A stretch of DNA of 64,000 nucleotides from the IMG/VR virus record IMGVR_UViG_3300010233_000008. The stretch is one strand, 5' to 3'. Source of the DNA: a virus. The translations under genes were made by a program, and so were the position numbers. A model generated the notes under the pieces. That model ran no database searches and was not told where the DNA came from. It was given only the letters and a program-made list of their open reading frames with translations. Shown here one piece after another: positions 27,782 through 38,000 of this stretch. How positions within the stretch are numbered: position 1 is the first letter of the stretch; each line of letters starts with the position of its first letter.

Positions 27782-27853
27782 GCCGGTGTAGCTCAGAGGT
27801 AGAGCCGCGATTTTGTAAATCGCAGGTCATAGGTCCGAATCCTATCGCCGGAT
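27782..27853 (+). tRNA. tRNA-Thr (anticodon TGT)
   Basis: manual cloverleaf: acceptor GCCGGTG, D-stem GCTC/GAGC, anticodon stem GCGAT/ATCGC, loop TTTGTAA, T-stem ATAGG/CCTAT; G1-A72 mismatch; no encoded CCA. Confidence 0.75.
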
Positions 27854-27910
27854 TGAATTACATGATATAGAGGAGATTTGTAGATTGCACCCCTATGAGT
27901 CACAAAGTAA

Positions 27911-27983
27911 TCTATGTTATGCGAGTGTAACTCAATAGGTAGAGTGTCGGATTTCCAATCCGGTTGTTGTCAGTTCGATTCTG
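27911..27983 (+). tRNA. tRNA-Gly (anticodon TCC)
   Basis: manual cloverleaf: acceptor GCGAGTG/CATTCGC, D-stem ACTC/GAGT, anticodon stem TCGGA/TCCGG, loop TTTCCAA, T-stem GTCAG/CTGAC, T-loop TTCGATT. Confidence 0.85.
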
Positions 27984-28008
27984 ACCATTCGCTCTAGGAG
28001 TAAAAAGT

Positions 28009-28389
28009 ATGTCCGCAGATAATGGTATATATATCGGAAGGTTTAAGAAGACCAACGGCAAATATGAATATCGAGTTATTTGTGCGCAAGCTATTGAAAA
28101 TTGCGACTATTCCACAAAATATTCTGAACACAAATTTCCCAAGAAACTGATTGATGGATATAGAGTTAATTATTATGGAAAATCTCCGAAATTTAGTTGT
28201 TCAAGGGATGCTTGGATGTATGCTTGGAAAGAATACGATAAATTGATGAAGGGTGAATATGGCATTTGTGAATATGGAGTATCGCAAATAAATTATGATG
28301 TTCCATTTCCAAAAATTTCTTCAAAAGAAGCAAACGAATTTGCTGATAAATATTGGGAAAAAGTTCAAGATGAAAAACAAAAATTCTAA
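28009..28389 (+). CDS. hypothetical protein (126 aa)
   Basis: ORF starting 26 nt after tRNA-Gly. Confidence 0.45.
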   Translation: MSADNGIYIGRFKKTNGKYEYRVICAQAIENCDYSTKYSEHKFPKKLIDGYRVNYYGKSPKFSCSRDAWMYAWKEYDKLMKGEYGICEYGVSQINYDVPFPKISSKEANEFADKYWEKVQDEKQKF

Positions 28390-28597
28390 GCGATCTATCT
28401 CTGACCTAGAAAAAGAAATCCAATCTCTTAAAGATCAAATTGCTTTATTAATTAAAGCATTAGGTCAAAAGGAATATGTATATATTCCAATGCCTCAAGT
28501 TGGGGAGGATAATATTTGGAAGAAATCCCCTCCAATTTATCCCGATCCTTGGAAACAGCCATATTGGAATCCTCCCGTATTTCCGCAATGGAGTTGA
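28370..28597 (+). CDS. hypothetical protein with coiled-coil and Pro/Trp-rich tail (75 aa from ATG 28370)
   Basis: ORF track 28295; internal ATG 28370 gives 20-nt overlap with upstream gene. Confidence 0.35.
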   Translation: MKNKNSKRSISDLEKEIQSLKDQIALLIKALGQKEYVYIPMPQVGEDNIWKKSPPIYPDPWKQPYWNPPVFPQWS

Positions 28598-28826
28598 TCC
28601 AACTCCCAATTATTATCCACTATTATTTGATCATTGCGATCCCGGCCCAACTTGCACTTATATAAATCAATATTGTGATATACAAATAAATGCTGCTAGA
28701 ATTTTAAGTCATCCCATTAATTCGCATCACAAATTAAGCGAAATACACGGATAAGCTATTCATTTCTATATCCCCCTATCCGAAACTCAAAAAATAGTTG
28801 ATAGATTAACTCCTACTTATCAAAGA

Positions 28827-29459
28827 ATGGAGGCTCTAGGATTCTACCTTAAACAACAAGTAATGGATAGACATGAAACTCAAGGTGAATCGGGGGGTGA
28901 GCCTTGGCAATCTAAAAAGATTAAAGAATGGGGATATGATGATGGTAGAGCAATTCTTACTGGTAAATCAGCGGAAATGCTTAATAGATGGTTCTCTTAT
29001 GCCGAAGTAGAGGGAAATATAGGAACCGCTGTTGTAGCTAATTCCGCACCTTATTCTTATGTTCAGGAATTAGGTACTGTAGGCAAGGGTGGAGTTTTAC
29101 CCGATATTGTTCCAGTTAATGCTAAAGCTTTATTTATTCCTATTACAGATAAAGGAATAAGCTATGCCAAAAATGTATTAAATGTCGCTAGAATAAGTAG
29201 GGGGATAGGGGGGGTTAAATTTAGTTTACCTAATGAAATTCCTTCTGGACCTAAAGCTAAAGGGATATTATCTGGTAGTGATTTAATAAAGGGGAGATTG
29301 AAAGATGGGAAATTACAAAAATTAACTGATGCGGGGTGGGTTGATGGAACGCCAGACTTTATTTTTCTCTCGAAGTCTTCGATCCCTCCACGCAAACAAT
29401 TACCTACTTCTCCACAAGAAAGATTGGCTCAGCAAAAGTTTTTGATTAGTGAGACCTAA
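28827..29459 (+). CDS. hypothetical structural protein (210 aa)
   Basis: Gly-rich ORF at start of tail region. Confidence 0.45.
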   Translation: MEALGFYLKQQVMDRHETQGESGGEPWQSKKIKEWGYDDGRAILTGKSAEMLNRWFSYAEVEGNIGTAVVANSAPYSYVQELGTVGKGGVLPDIVPVNAKALFIPITDKGISYAKNVLNVARISRGIGGVKFSLPNEIPSGPKAKGILSGSDLIKGRLKDGKLQKLTDAGWVDGTPDFIFLSKSSIPPRKQLPTSPQERLAQQKFLISET

Positions 29460-29667
29460 GATTATACTGCATTCTAATAGTATCTACTAAAAATCCCAAG
29501 GCGACAGAATAGAAAAATACTGTAATTCCTCGCAATATAATATGCAATGAAATCGGGACATGAAAATAAAAAATAACGCTTGGATATATAATTAGTCCAA
29601 GCAACCAAATAGGGACTATTGTTATAAAACTTTTCTGACTATTTGTCATATCTTCCCCTAATATCAT
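29446..29667 (-). CDS. small membrane protein (73 aa, 2-3 TM)
   Basis: hydrophobic segments; possible holin or exclusion protein. Confidence 0.4.
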   Translation of the reverse strand: MILGEDMTNSQKSFITIVPIWLLGLIIYPSVIFYFHVPISLHIILRGITVFFYSVALGFLVDTIRMQYNLRSH

Positions 29668-29827
29668 TAGCTAATACTTCCATTAATGATGCAATCGAAC
29701 CGATAACACAAAATATTCCCACAGAAAGATTCCGATCTTTTGTGGATAAATAAATACTGATACATCCTAATGCCAAAAGAATTACACAAATTATTTTTGC
29801 GAAATTTTTAGTTTTAATTCCCATCAA
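29639..29827 (-). CDS. small membrane protein (62 aa, 2 TM)
   Basis: hydrophobic segments; promoter immediately upstream on - strand. Confidence 0.4.
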   Translation of the reverse strand: MMGIKTKNFAKIICVILLALGCISIYLSTKDRNLSVGIFCVIGSIASLMEVLANDIRGRYDK

Positions 29828-29830
29828 CTT

Positions 29831-29858
29831 ATTCTACCATAAAAAATCTATTTGTCAA
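29831..29858 (-). promoter_or_regulatory. sigma70-like promoter (- strand) TTGACA-16-TAGAAT
   Basis: reverse complement of 29853-29858 = TTGACA, of 29831-29836 = TAGAAT. Confidence 0.4.
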
Positions 29859-29866
29859 GTAAATAA

Positions 29867-30397
29867 ATGCCGTCAACTCCAAATTTAATTTTACAATATT
29901 TTTGCTTAGGAATTATTGCAAAATTAGGAATTGATAGTCAAAGTTGTTTCCCGTCTATAACTCCGGCTTTAGATTTAGGTTGGGAAGGGGATGTACAAAT
30001 TCAAGTATGTCCCGGAAGCGCTGCTCCCGATGGCGGGGGCAAGGGAAATCAAGATGGTGGAGCATTAATAATCAGACAAAATTTTAATCTGATAGTATTT
30101 TATAGATTAAATATTGATCCTCATGGAAGATCGGATCAGATATTAACTCAAAATGCTACGGGATTAACGGATTTTGTAGAAAAAATGAAAGATATATTCT
30201 TAAATACATATCTAAATAATATGTCGATTGAAAGAATAAGGTATGAAGGGGAAACACAACCAGTATGGACCGATGCCGAAAGAGGGATCGTTCAGAAACA
30301 AGTAACTTATTCGGCTAATTATGGTAGGGATTTGCCCGGAATAACTTTGACTAATCAGGATATAGTTAGCCAGATAATTACGGCGAAATCGCCTTAA
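29867..30397 (+). CDS. hypothetical tail-region protein (176 aa)
   Basis: ORF; no recognisable motif. Confidence 0.45.
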   Translation: MPSTPNLILQYFCLGIIAKLGIDSQSCFPSITPALDLGWEGDVQIQVCPGSAAPDGGGKGNQDGGALIIRQNFNLIVFYRLNIDPHGRSDQILTQNATGLTDFVEKMKDIFLNTYLNNMSIERIRYEGETQPVWTDAERGIVQKQVTYSANYGRDLPGITLTNQDIVSQIITAKSP

Positions 30398-31056
30398 TCA
30401 TTAGCTGCGGGGTTATGGTTGTTCGTTATCCATCTTTTAGTTGTTAATGCTTCTTCGTCGGACATTTTAAGTTTATTTTTCCTTTTTGTAATTGTACTTC
30501 TGCTTAATCCAGTAATTTCAACCCATTCTGACACACATTTTGTTTCGCCATTTAGGGTTAGATTAAAGTTGTTTTTCTTGTTTCTATTTTGTTCCGTAGA
30601 AGTTGCCCACACGCAATTATCGGGATCATAATTTCCATTACTGTTTTTACGTTCGATGCTGTATTTATTCGATGGACGTTCTCCCATATCCTCTAGAAAA
30701 TTTTCAAAAGATTGCAGCCATCTTTCACATACACGGATTCCGCGTCCCCCATAATCTTTGAAGTTTGCCGCAGTGGGATTGCCGCAGCGATGTTTCATTG
30801 CCTTCCATATTTTATAGGTGGTTGTTTGTGACATATTATGCGTTGATCTAGATTTGCAAATTTCTATTTTGTGGCATCCGCACGATACAATTTTTCCTAA
30901 TTTTAGATTACTTCCATAACAAAATATATGTTCGTTTGGATTGCAATCACAAACGCAATCCCACATAGGCTTTCCTTCCGAATTATTAAACGTAGCTCGT
31001 TTAATCACCGTTAATTTCCCAAACTTCATTCCCGACAAATCCACAAATTTTCCCAT
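30394..31056 (-). CDS. free-standing HNH-family homing endonuclease paralog A (220 aa)
   Basis: N-term FGKLTV...W.C.CDC...SCGC zinc motif; core YGGRGIRVCERWLQSFENFLEDMGERP...SIERKNSNGNYDPDNCVWAT..EQNRN; C-term LNGETKCVSEWVEITGLSRSTI HTH; antisense to tail genes. Confidence 0.65.
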   Translation of the reverse strand: MGKFVDLSGMKFGKLTVIKRATFNNSEGKPMWDCVCDCNPNEHIFCYGSNLKLGKIVSCGCHKIEICKSRSTHNMSQTTTYKIWKAMKHRCGNPTAANFKDYGGRGIRVCERWLQSFENFLEDMGERPSNKYSIERKNSNGNYDPDNCVWATSTEQNRNKKNNFNLTLNGETKCVSEWVEITGLSRSTITKRKNKLKMSDEEALTTKRWITNNHNPAAND

Positions 31057-31138
31057 AAATTTCCTTTCGTAAAGTGTGGATTATATCAGAAGTTATTTAC
31101 TTTGTCAACTCTAACGTAAGTCATTACAGGAGCACACT

Positions 31139-31678
31139 TTGGCGTATATCGCTGGCCACCATACGGCATATTTTTCTTTAACAACTTTTTCTGCTGGTCC
31201 CACATATTTTAATATAGGCAGTACGGAAAATGGGTTCAATCACCGTGAAACTGACCACTATGAGGATGTTGTGGACGACGCTGGCGGTTCCGCCATCGCC
31301 GATGGCATTAACCAAGGACGAGACCTTATTGTTACTGGAACGTCCATAGAAGCAGACAACATTAATAATGTTCTATATCAGGGCACTCCGCTAGGTAGAT
31401 TCAATATTAATGTTGGTCAAACTGCTAATAGTTTGGCTGGCACTCTGGTATTAACTCCGGTTGCCGGTACTCCCGCCGCTGCTGCATTGGGTGTTGGAAT
31501 GAGTCGAGTTTATTATGCTGCTCTTATCATAAATGATGTTGAGCAAATGCTTAGTTCTAAACTAAGAAAAATTCCAGTAACTTGGCGATGTTATCCGAGT
31601 ACATCGGAAGGCTGGAAGGTTTGGGACATTTTAAGTACGCCCGCCGGAGTTTCAGCAGCCAATCCCACCGGCCCGTAA
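31139..31678 (+). CDS. hypothetical tail protein (179 aa; start may be downstream of ORF-track start)
   Basis: Gly/Ala/Thr-rich ORF followed by strong terminator. Confidence 0.45.
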   Translation: MAYIAGHHTAYFSLTTFSAGPTYFNIGSTENGFNHRETDHYEDVVDDAGGSAIADGINQGRDLIVTGTSIEADNINNVLYQGTPLGRFNINVGQTANSLAGTLVLTPVAGTPAAAALGVGMSRVYYAALIINDVEQMLSSKLRKIPVTWRCYPSTSEGWKVWDILSTPAGVSAANPTGP

Positions 31679-31691
31679 CCCCTTATTATTC

Positions 31692-31737
31692 ACTCACTAT
31701 AAGTCTAATCACTTATAGTGAGTTTTTCTTTATTTTT
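31692..31737 (+). terminator. rho-independent terminator
   Basis: perfect 12-bp stem ACTCACTATAAG/CTTATAGTGAGT (31692-31723), 8-nt loop, then TTTTTCTTTATTTTT. Confidence 0.8.
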
Positions 31738-31754
31738 AACCCGAAAGGATCATA

Positions 31755-32108
31755 ATGCGTCTTGCCGACATTAAGCCTACTAAATTTACTATTGAAATAG
31801 AGGCTGGAAATATTAAAACCTATAGCCCTTGGGAAACTCAGGAAAAACTTGATAAGTTAAATTCTGAATCTCAACGCAAGGCTTTAGAGGGTCAGTCATT
31901 TAATTCTACTTACGATAATATTCGTAAGGCATTTGACTTTCCGACACAAGAAGAAGTTGATGCTGCTGGTGAACCAAAACCTAGAACATTATCTTATGAT
32001 GAATGTATGGCGGTTCAGGTTAGCTTGATGGAATTTATAGCTAATTTGGAAGTATCAAAAAAAGCACGAGACCTTATGCAGAGATTCTCCACTTCTACCC
32101 AGCGATAA
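31755..32108 (+). CDS. hypothetical protein (117 aa)
   Basis: ORF with SD (AAAGGA) 8 nt upstream. Confidence 0.5.
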   Translation: MRLADIKPTKFTIEIEAGNIKTYSPWETQEKLDKLNSESQRKALEGQSFNSTYDNIRKAFDFPTQEEVDAAGEPKPRTLSYDECMAVQVSLMEFIANLEVSKKARDLMQRFSTSTQR

Positions 32109-32339
32109 CGCTAGAGGCATTAAGGTCTTTACCAATTGATGAGCGGGTAGGACTCCAAAATAATATGCTAGAAATAAAGGCTAGAGAACGATTGGAAAAT
32201 ATCGTTGATATCGGAATTGCGTTTTCTAGCCCCGATGATTCGCGTGAATTGCTCATGTACCTCGCCGAGCAAGCCTACGGACATGATGATAATGCCTATG
32301 GTCAAGTTTTAGAGGGTATTACTCGTAAACGAAGGTAAT

Positions 32340-33047
32340 CTATTTCATTAGGTGGAATGGAATAGATTTTTCTGTTTTCTTTTTAGGAGTAGTTAATGCT
32401 CTTTCTGGTGCCCATCCAGCAATTCTTATTCTAGTCCATACCAAATCATAACTCATGCCTAAAAATTCACACCATTCGGTTAGTTCCATTGTTTTGTTAC
32501 CAATTGTAATTTTTTCGATAGAATTTTCTCGATTATGATTTTGAATTTTTGCTGTAGCCCACACACAATTTTCTTTATCATAATTACCGTTTCTATTTTT
32601 TCTTTCTATTGAATGCTCGGAAGACGGACACGGACCAATATCCTCATAAAAGTTTTGGAAAGACTCTAGCCATCTATCGCACATTTTAATTCCTCTCCCA
32701 CCATATCTAAGATAATTTGGAGAATTTTTATTGAGACAGCGAGTTTTTATTCCTACCCAACAATAGTATTCCTTGCTGTTCTTTTTGGTGTGCCTTGTAT
32801 GGCCATGAATTAAATTTGCTTTTATTCTACTTTCCCTCATTAGACATCCACAAGATTTAACCGAACCAAACCGCAAATTTCCGCCGTCAACTATTTTATT
32901 GGTATTGCCGCAATCGCAATTACAAAACCATTTGCTTTTAGTTCTATTTTTTGATTCATTGTCTACCCTCGAAACTACTAGGAGCCGCCCAAATCTTTTT
33001 CCGGTTAAATCTATGAATGTTGCCATATTAAACCTAACATATACCAA
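32340..33047 (-). CDS. free-standing HNH-family homing endonuclease paralog B (235 aa; alternative start 33026)
   Basis: same architecture as A: FGRLLV..WFCNCDCG..SCGC; YGGRGIKMCDRWLESFQNFYEDIGPCP...SIERKNRNGNYDKENCVWAT..QNHNR; C-term HTH. Confidence 0.65.
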   Translation of the reverse strand: MVYVRFNMATFIDLTGKRFGRLLVVSRVDNESKNRTKSKWFCNCDCGNTNKIVDGGNLRFGSVKSCGCLMRESRIKANLIHGHTRHTKKNSKEYYCWVGIKTRCLNKNSPNYLRYGGRGIKMCDRWLESFQNFYEDIGPCPSSEHSIERKNRNGNYDKENCVWATAKIQNHNRENSIEKITIGNKTMELTEWCEFLGMSYDLVWTRIRIAGWAPERALTTPKKKTEKSIPFHLMK

Positions 33048-33068
33048 ACAAAATAGGATGTCAAGTCA

Positions 33069-34343
33069 ATGGGAATAAATTATAGCGAATTGTGGCCAGC
33101 ACTTGGTTCCCTTGTAAAATGGTCAAACGCTTTTATTTCCTATCAAGGCAATCAATTGATGGGAAATAGCGGCGAATTGACTGACGTACAAACCGTCTTT
33201 GAAAGTTATAATCTAAATTTAATTCCTTCTTTTACCACCCAAGTTTCTGGTCAAGCTAACGCTATGGCTGGATGGATATCTGCCTTAACCAATATCTTTA
33301 ACACTGTTTTAGCTTCTCTTCAATCTCAACTAAACGCTCCAAACAATAACAGCCAAACAATCCTACCATTATTATATGCCAGCATGGTCTCGTCCACGGA
33401 GACTATGTTGGCTACAACTATTTCTGCACCCAGCATAACCGTAGGATCAAATACCGGAAATGGTGTACTACTTCTATCTATTAATAATAACTTGGGTCAG
33501 GTAGATCAAAGAATTATTAATGAAACAGTACAATTGGTGTGTACTAACGATCAATTTTCCGGTACGGCTGCTGGATCGGAACGATTTTCTATTACGGGAT
33601 TCCCTACACAGCAACCTACCTCTTATCTCCCTCAAGGTAATGGAAATGGTCCCAATCTAACGGTTGCAGATTCAAATAATCTAATTAATAATGGTAATTT
33701 TGAGTCATGGACCAATACAAATACTCCTAATAATTGGGTGACTACTGGTACAGTGGGCACTAACATATTACAAAGTACAACTGCTCATTCTGGAAGTTTT
33801 GCTTTAGAATTTGCTGGGGATGGGACAACTACAAATATTAATGTTTCACAAAATGTTTTTAGTAGATTAAATACCACTACTATTTATGGAATGAGTGTTT
33901 GGTTAAGAAAAGCTGGTACGGTTTCAGGTGGCTCTAATCTAGCAGTTAATCTAACTGGTACGGGGTTTTCTACCATCAACTTATTTAATGCTGATCCGGC
34001 GACATTAACTACAAGCTATCAACAATTTCATATTTATTTCCCAACTGGGATTGAATTTGGAAATAATATGGCGGTTGAGGCAAATTGGACAAGCGCTAAT
34101 TCTGCTGGAGGATCGGCGGTAATTTTAATTGATGATTTTGTATTAAATACTGCAAATTCATTTGGCAATGTTCAGTATAGTATTTATCGCGGTTCAACTG
34201 ATTTCTTAAAAGGTGATAATTTTAGTGTAGTTACGGCGGTAAATTCACCAGCTATTTGGAGTAGTTATTTTGCAAGATTCTATAATTTTCAAATGCCAAC
34301 TGTGGCATCGTCGCCAAGCGTAGCCGAATCGCTTGCGGAATGA
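33069..34343 (+). CDS. tail fibre / receptor-binding protein with CBM-like domain (424 aa)
   Basis: N-terminal Ser/Thr/Asn-rich beta region; central NLINNGNFESW..NWV..G and later GDG..TN motifs typical of carbohydrate-binding modules in phage fibres. Confidence 0.55.
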   Translation: MGINYSELWPALGSLVKWSNAFISYQGNQLMGNSGELTDVQTVFESYNLNLIPSFTTQVSGQANAMAGWISALTNIFNTVLASLQSQLNAPNNNSQTILPLLYASMVSSTETMLATTISAPSITVGSNTGNGVLLLSINNNLGQVDQRIINETVQLVCTNDQFSGTAAGSERFSITGFPTQQPTSYLPQGNGNGPNLTVADSNNLINNGNFESWTNTNTPNNWVTTGTVGTNILQSTTAHSGSFALEFAGDGTTTNINVSQNVFSRLNTTTIYGMSVWLRKAGTVSGGSNLAVNLTGTGFSTINLFNADPATLTTSYQQFHIYFPTGIEFGNNMAVEANWTSANSAGGSAVILIDDFVLNTANSFGNVQYSIYRGSTDFLKGDNFSVVTAVNSPAIWSSYFARFYNFQMPTVASSPSVAESLAE

Positions 34344-34963
34344 GCCTTTGGTATAAATTTTGGCGTTACAATTGCTTTTTCTATAGACCATCCACGGTAA
34401 AGTCTGCTACTAATCGTTTGTCTATCAATTCCAATTTCTTCCGCCCAATCAGTTAGACATTGGGTTTTTCCATTAAATGTAATCATTCTGTTTCTAGAAT
34501 AATTTCTTAATTGTTCTCTTTTTGTTGTCCACCGGCAATTATCTTTTTCATAATTTCCGTTATTGTCAATACGATCTATACTTAATCCTTCCGGTTTTTC
34601 GCCCATATCTTCTAAAAAGTTTTCAAATGATTCCCGCCATCTTTGGCAAACACTAATTCCGCGTCCGCCATATTTTGGATATGATTTTTGTGCTGGATTT
34701 GTGCAGCGATTTATCATATTTGCCCATATCATATATGTTTTACTTTTCTTTTTACCGATTGCATGTCCATGAGACAATGGGTTGGTATATCCATTTAATT
34801 TTCTCAAACATCCACATGATTTTGTACGTCCGTGAATTAATCTGCTTCCCATAACGATAGTTTTTTTGCCGCACTCACATTGACAAAACCAAAAAGCATT
34901 GCCGTTGTATGTGACATCATAATTTCTACTTACAACAGTTAGTTTTCCAAATTTCTGTCCCAT
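34289..34963 (-). CDS. free-standing HNH-family homing endonuclease paralog C (225 aa from ATG 34963; ORF track 35074)
   Basis: MGQKFGKLTVVSR aligns with starts of A and B; YGGRGISVCQRWRESFENFLEDMGEKP...SIDRIDNNGNYEKDNCRWTT; start 34963 avoids overlap with 35050 gene. Confidence 0.65.
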   Translation of the reverse strand: MGQKFGKLTVVSRNYDVTYNGNAFWFCQCECGKKTIVMGSRLIHGRTKSCGCLRKLNGYTNPLSHGHAIGKKKSKTYMIWANMINRCTNPAQKSYPKYGGRGISVCQRWRESFENFLEDMGEKPEGLSIDRIDNNGNYEKDNCRWTTKREQLRNYSRNRMITFNGKTQCLTDWAEEIGIDRQTISSRLYRGWSIEKAIVTPKFIPKAHSASDSATLGDDATVGI

Positions 34964-35049
34964 TACGTTTTTAACTTTTCTCACAATAAATCCTTTCAAT
35001 AAAATTATGAAACATAACATTATTATAACAAGAAAAACTTTTAAGTCAA

Positions 35050-38000
35050 ATGCCTGATACATACCAAGAGACAATTCGCCTTCGGGTTGAGGTGGATTCC
35101 TCTGACGTGGGGAAGGCTGTTCAATCCGAACAACAAAGAGCTAATCAAAGATTAAGACAACAATCATCTATTCCTCAATCTCCAAATTTAGGTCGTTCCG
35201 GCGGATTAAATTGGGATCAAATGAGGGGAGTATTTGGAGCTACAAATACTTTATCTGGATTTTTAGGCGGCGGTAGAAATATATTTGGTATTCCTCAATA
35301 TCAAATGATGAGTATGTCTAGGATGTTCGGGGGAATGGGGCATCCAAGTGCATCACATTATCAAAGTATTCGTGCCTCAGAAATAAATAGAATGGCGCGT
35401 GAGGCGGCACAAGCCAGAACAACTAGACCCGGCGTTACTCCGCAAGCTATTGCTTCCGAAACTAAAGCATATTTTGAAACACTAAAAGGATTGAGGCAAA
35501 CTGCCGAACAAATAATTAAAGGATCATTGGCTAGCGGTAAATTAATATTACCAATGACAATGGGTGGTCCTAAATTTGATGCCGCAAGTCAAGCCTATAA
35601 AGATTTGGCTCAATCAATGGGTTATTCTGTTGGAGATTTTCAAAAGAGTGGTCCCTTTTCTCAAGCTTCAATCGGGGCATTGGGCGGAAAATCACAAAAA
35701 TTTGGTAAATCCGATGAAGATAAAGCTTTAATAGAAGAGGAAAAAAAGAGATTAGTATCGGAAGAAATTAAAAAGAAGGTCGAAGCCGATAAAAAAATTG
35801 CCGAACAAGCCATGAAGGCTGCTGCGACTGGAGCTAAATTTGTTGGCGGAATAGAAATAGCTGCTTCCGTAGCTATTCAAATGGGTCAAGTTCTAAAATC
35901 CATTTCTAGTTCATTATCTAATTTCGCTGCTTCGTTTGCTACTGGCGATGTTAGTAAGGCAATGCACGGAGTAGTTGACGCTTTACAGGGTATAGCTCAT
36001 GGAATAGGAGCGGGAACTAGCGCAATAGTTGGGTCTATAGGATTAGTTATTGGTTCGGCATTTGGTCCTATAGGAACAATGATTGGTGCTGCTGCTGGAG
36101 CATTAGTAGGCAATATATTAGGTGGGGCTTTATCTGCTGTAGCTGGATTATTTAATACTTTCATAACAGCTATGGATTCATTGGTAAATAATCTATCCAA
36201 ATGGAATCCTTCATTAGCCGCAATGAATGCCCAACTAAATATCCAAACTATTCTATTTCAAAGACAAATGAGTTATGCCATGCAACCCGCATTATTGGCA
36301 TGGATTCATTTGAAAGAAGTAATCTTAGATAAACTTATATCCTATGCCCCACAAATTAATGCTTTAGCTAATTGGATAGCTAATTTAATTACTGGAATAA
36401 TTAATCTTGCTGGAGAAATATCAGCATGGATAAATGTTATTGTTACTGTAGCAAAAGTTATATATAAATTCCTGATTGCTCCGATATTGGAATTCGGAAA
36501 TATTATAAATATATTATTAAAGCCGGTTAGATGGCTTATTGATTTATTTGGTGGGTTGGGGCATTATATGGAATTGCTTTTCAATCCTATTATAACTTTA
36601 ATTGGTGATTTTGTTGATTTGGGTGGAGGGATAACGAAAATTACTGTAGATTTATTGGATGCCTTTGGATTATTTATTAATGCACTTGCTAATGCTGCGG
36701 ATGAAATGGGTCAGAATGATATAGCAGTATCTCTTGGAAAATCAGCAAATGAACTGATTGATGCTGCATCAAAATTATCTCAAGCTGCAAATCCTCAAAG
36801 TCTTAGTCCTGATGAATTAGCAAAACAAGCGGAAGAATGGGGTAAGGCGTTTATGAATTCATTGGGAGATTTTGCTAAAGCAAATGGTTCTGGTGGTATA
36901 GATAAAAGTAGACCATTGGGGGCAGCACTTCATGGATTAATTGGTGGAAATGTTAGCGGTGGAAATAGTAATGTTCAAACTCCATTAAGTAATATTGGTG
37001 GTGCGGTAGGTGGATTTAATATTGCCGCAAATACCATGATTCAAGCCGCAAACGTAATGGTTGGAGCGGCAAATGTTAATGCTATTGCTGCTGGGGTCAA
37101 TGCCGTAGCCAAGAAATTTAATCCAAATAATCCAGCCGGAGCTACAGCAAAACAAATAGCTGCCGCTAATTTTATTGCCCAAGGTCATGGAAAATATAAC
37201 GTAGATTTTGGATCGCTTTCACAGAATCAATATTCTGCCGGAATTAGCGGTGGGGTGGATATTGGCAATATTCCAAGTCATCGATGGTTTAAAGATAAAA
37301 TATACAAAACTCCGTGGAGTACCGCTTTTGGCTCTCGCAATAGATTAAAATATCCGGGATATCTACCATATGATCAATGGGCTGATATAGTTGGCGCTTC
37401 GCAAGGAACGGGTCTAGGAAAATATCCGGATACCGGATCAACTATTGGTGCTATGGGGTCTAAATATGGATCAAGCGGATCATATTCTGATTCTGGAAAT
37501 ATAGTCGGAGCAATGGGTAATAAATATGGTGGATCAGATTTATCTTCCGGGTTTATGACTTTTCAGCAATGGAGAGTGAGAAAACTTCAACGTGCCGGAC
37601 AAAAGAATCTTAAAGGTCAAAATATAGATGATCCTGATTATTCGGGAGTTGATCCAAATTTAGTTTGGGCATATAAATTAAGAAATAAGTTTGGAATTGA
37701 TGGCAATCCCGGAAACTTACAAGTTCCCCCAAGCGATCTACTCGCCGCATTGCATTATTGGCATACCCAAATGGTACAAGATGCGGGAAGCAGCAGATGG
37801 GATAATGACAGCTTACAGTGGAATGCTGCATTTAAGGCGTATTATGGGCATGATGAACTAGCTGGTTTCGGGGCTACTCCGGGAAGCCCCGCCGATATTG
37901 CCGCTCAAAAAAAATATGGCAATAGTACATCACCAACGACTCAACCCTCAACCCCTAGCGACGCCTTCATTCAATCCATAGGCGGTAAGGTTACTCCAGC

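Noticed and set aside
31690-31710. CACTCACTATAAG resembles the T7 RNAP promoter core GACTCACTATAGG
   Set aside because: It is the 5' arm of a perfect 12-bp terminator hairpin, lacks the upstream TAATACGA region, and no phage RNA polymerase gene is visible. Treated as coincidence.
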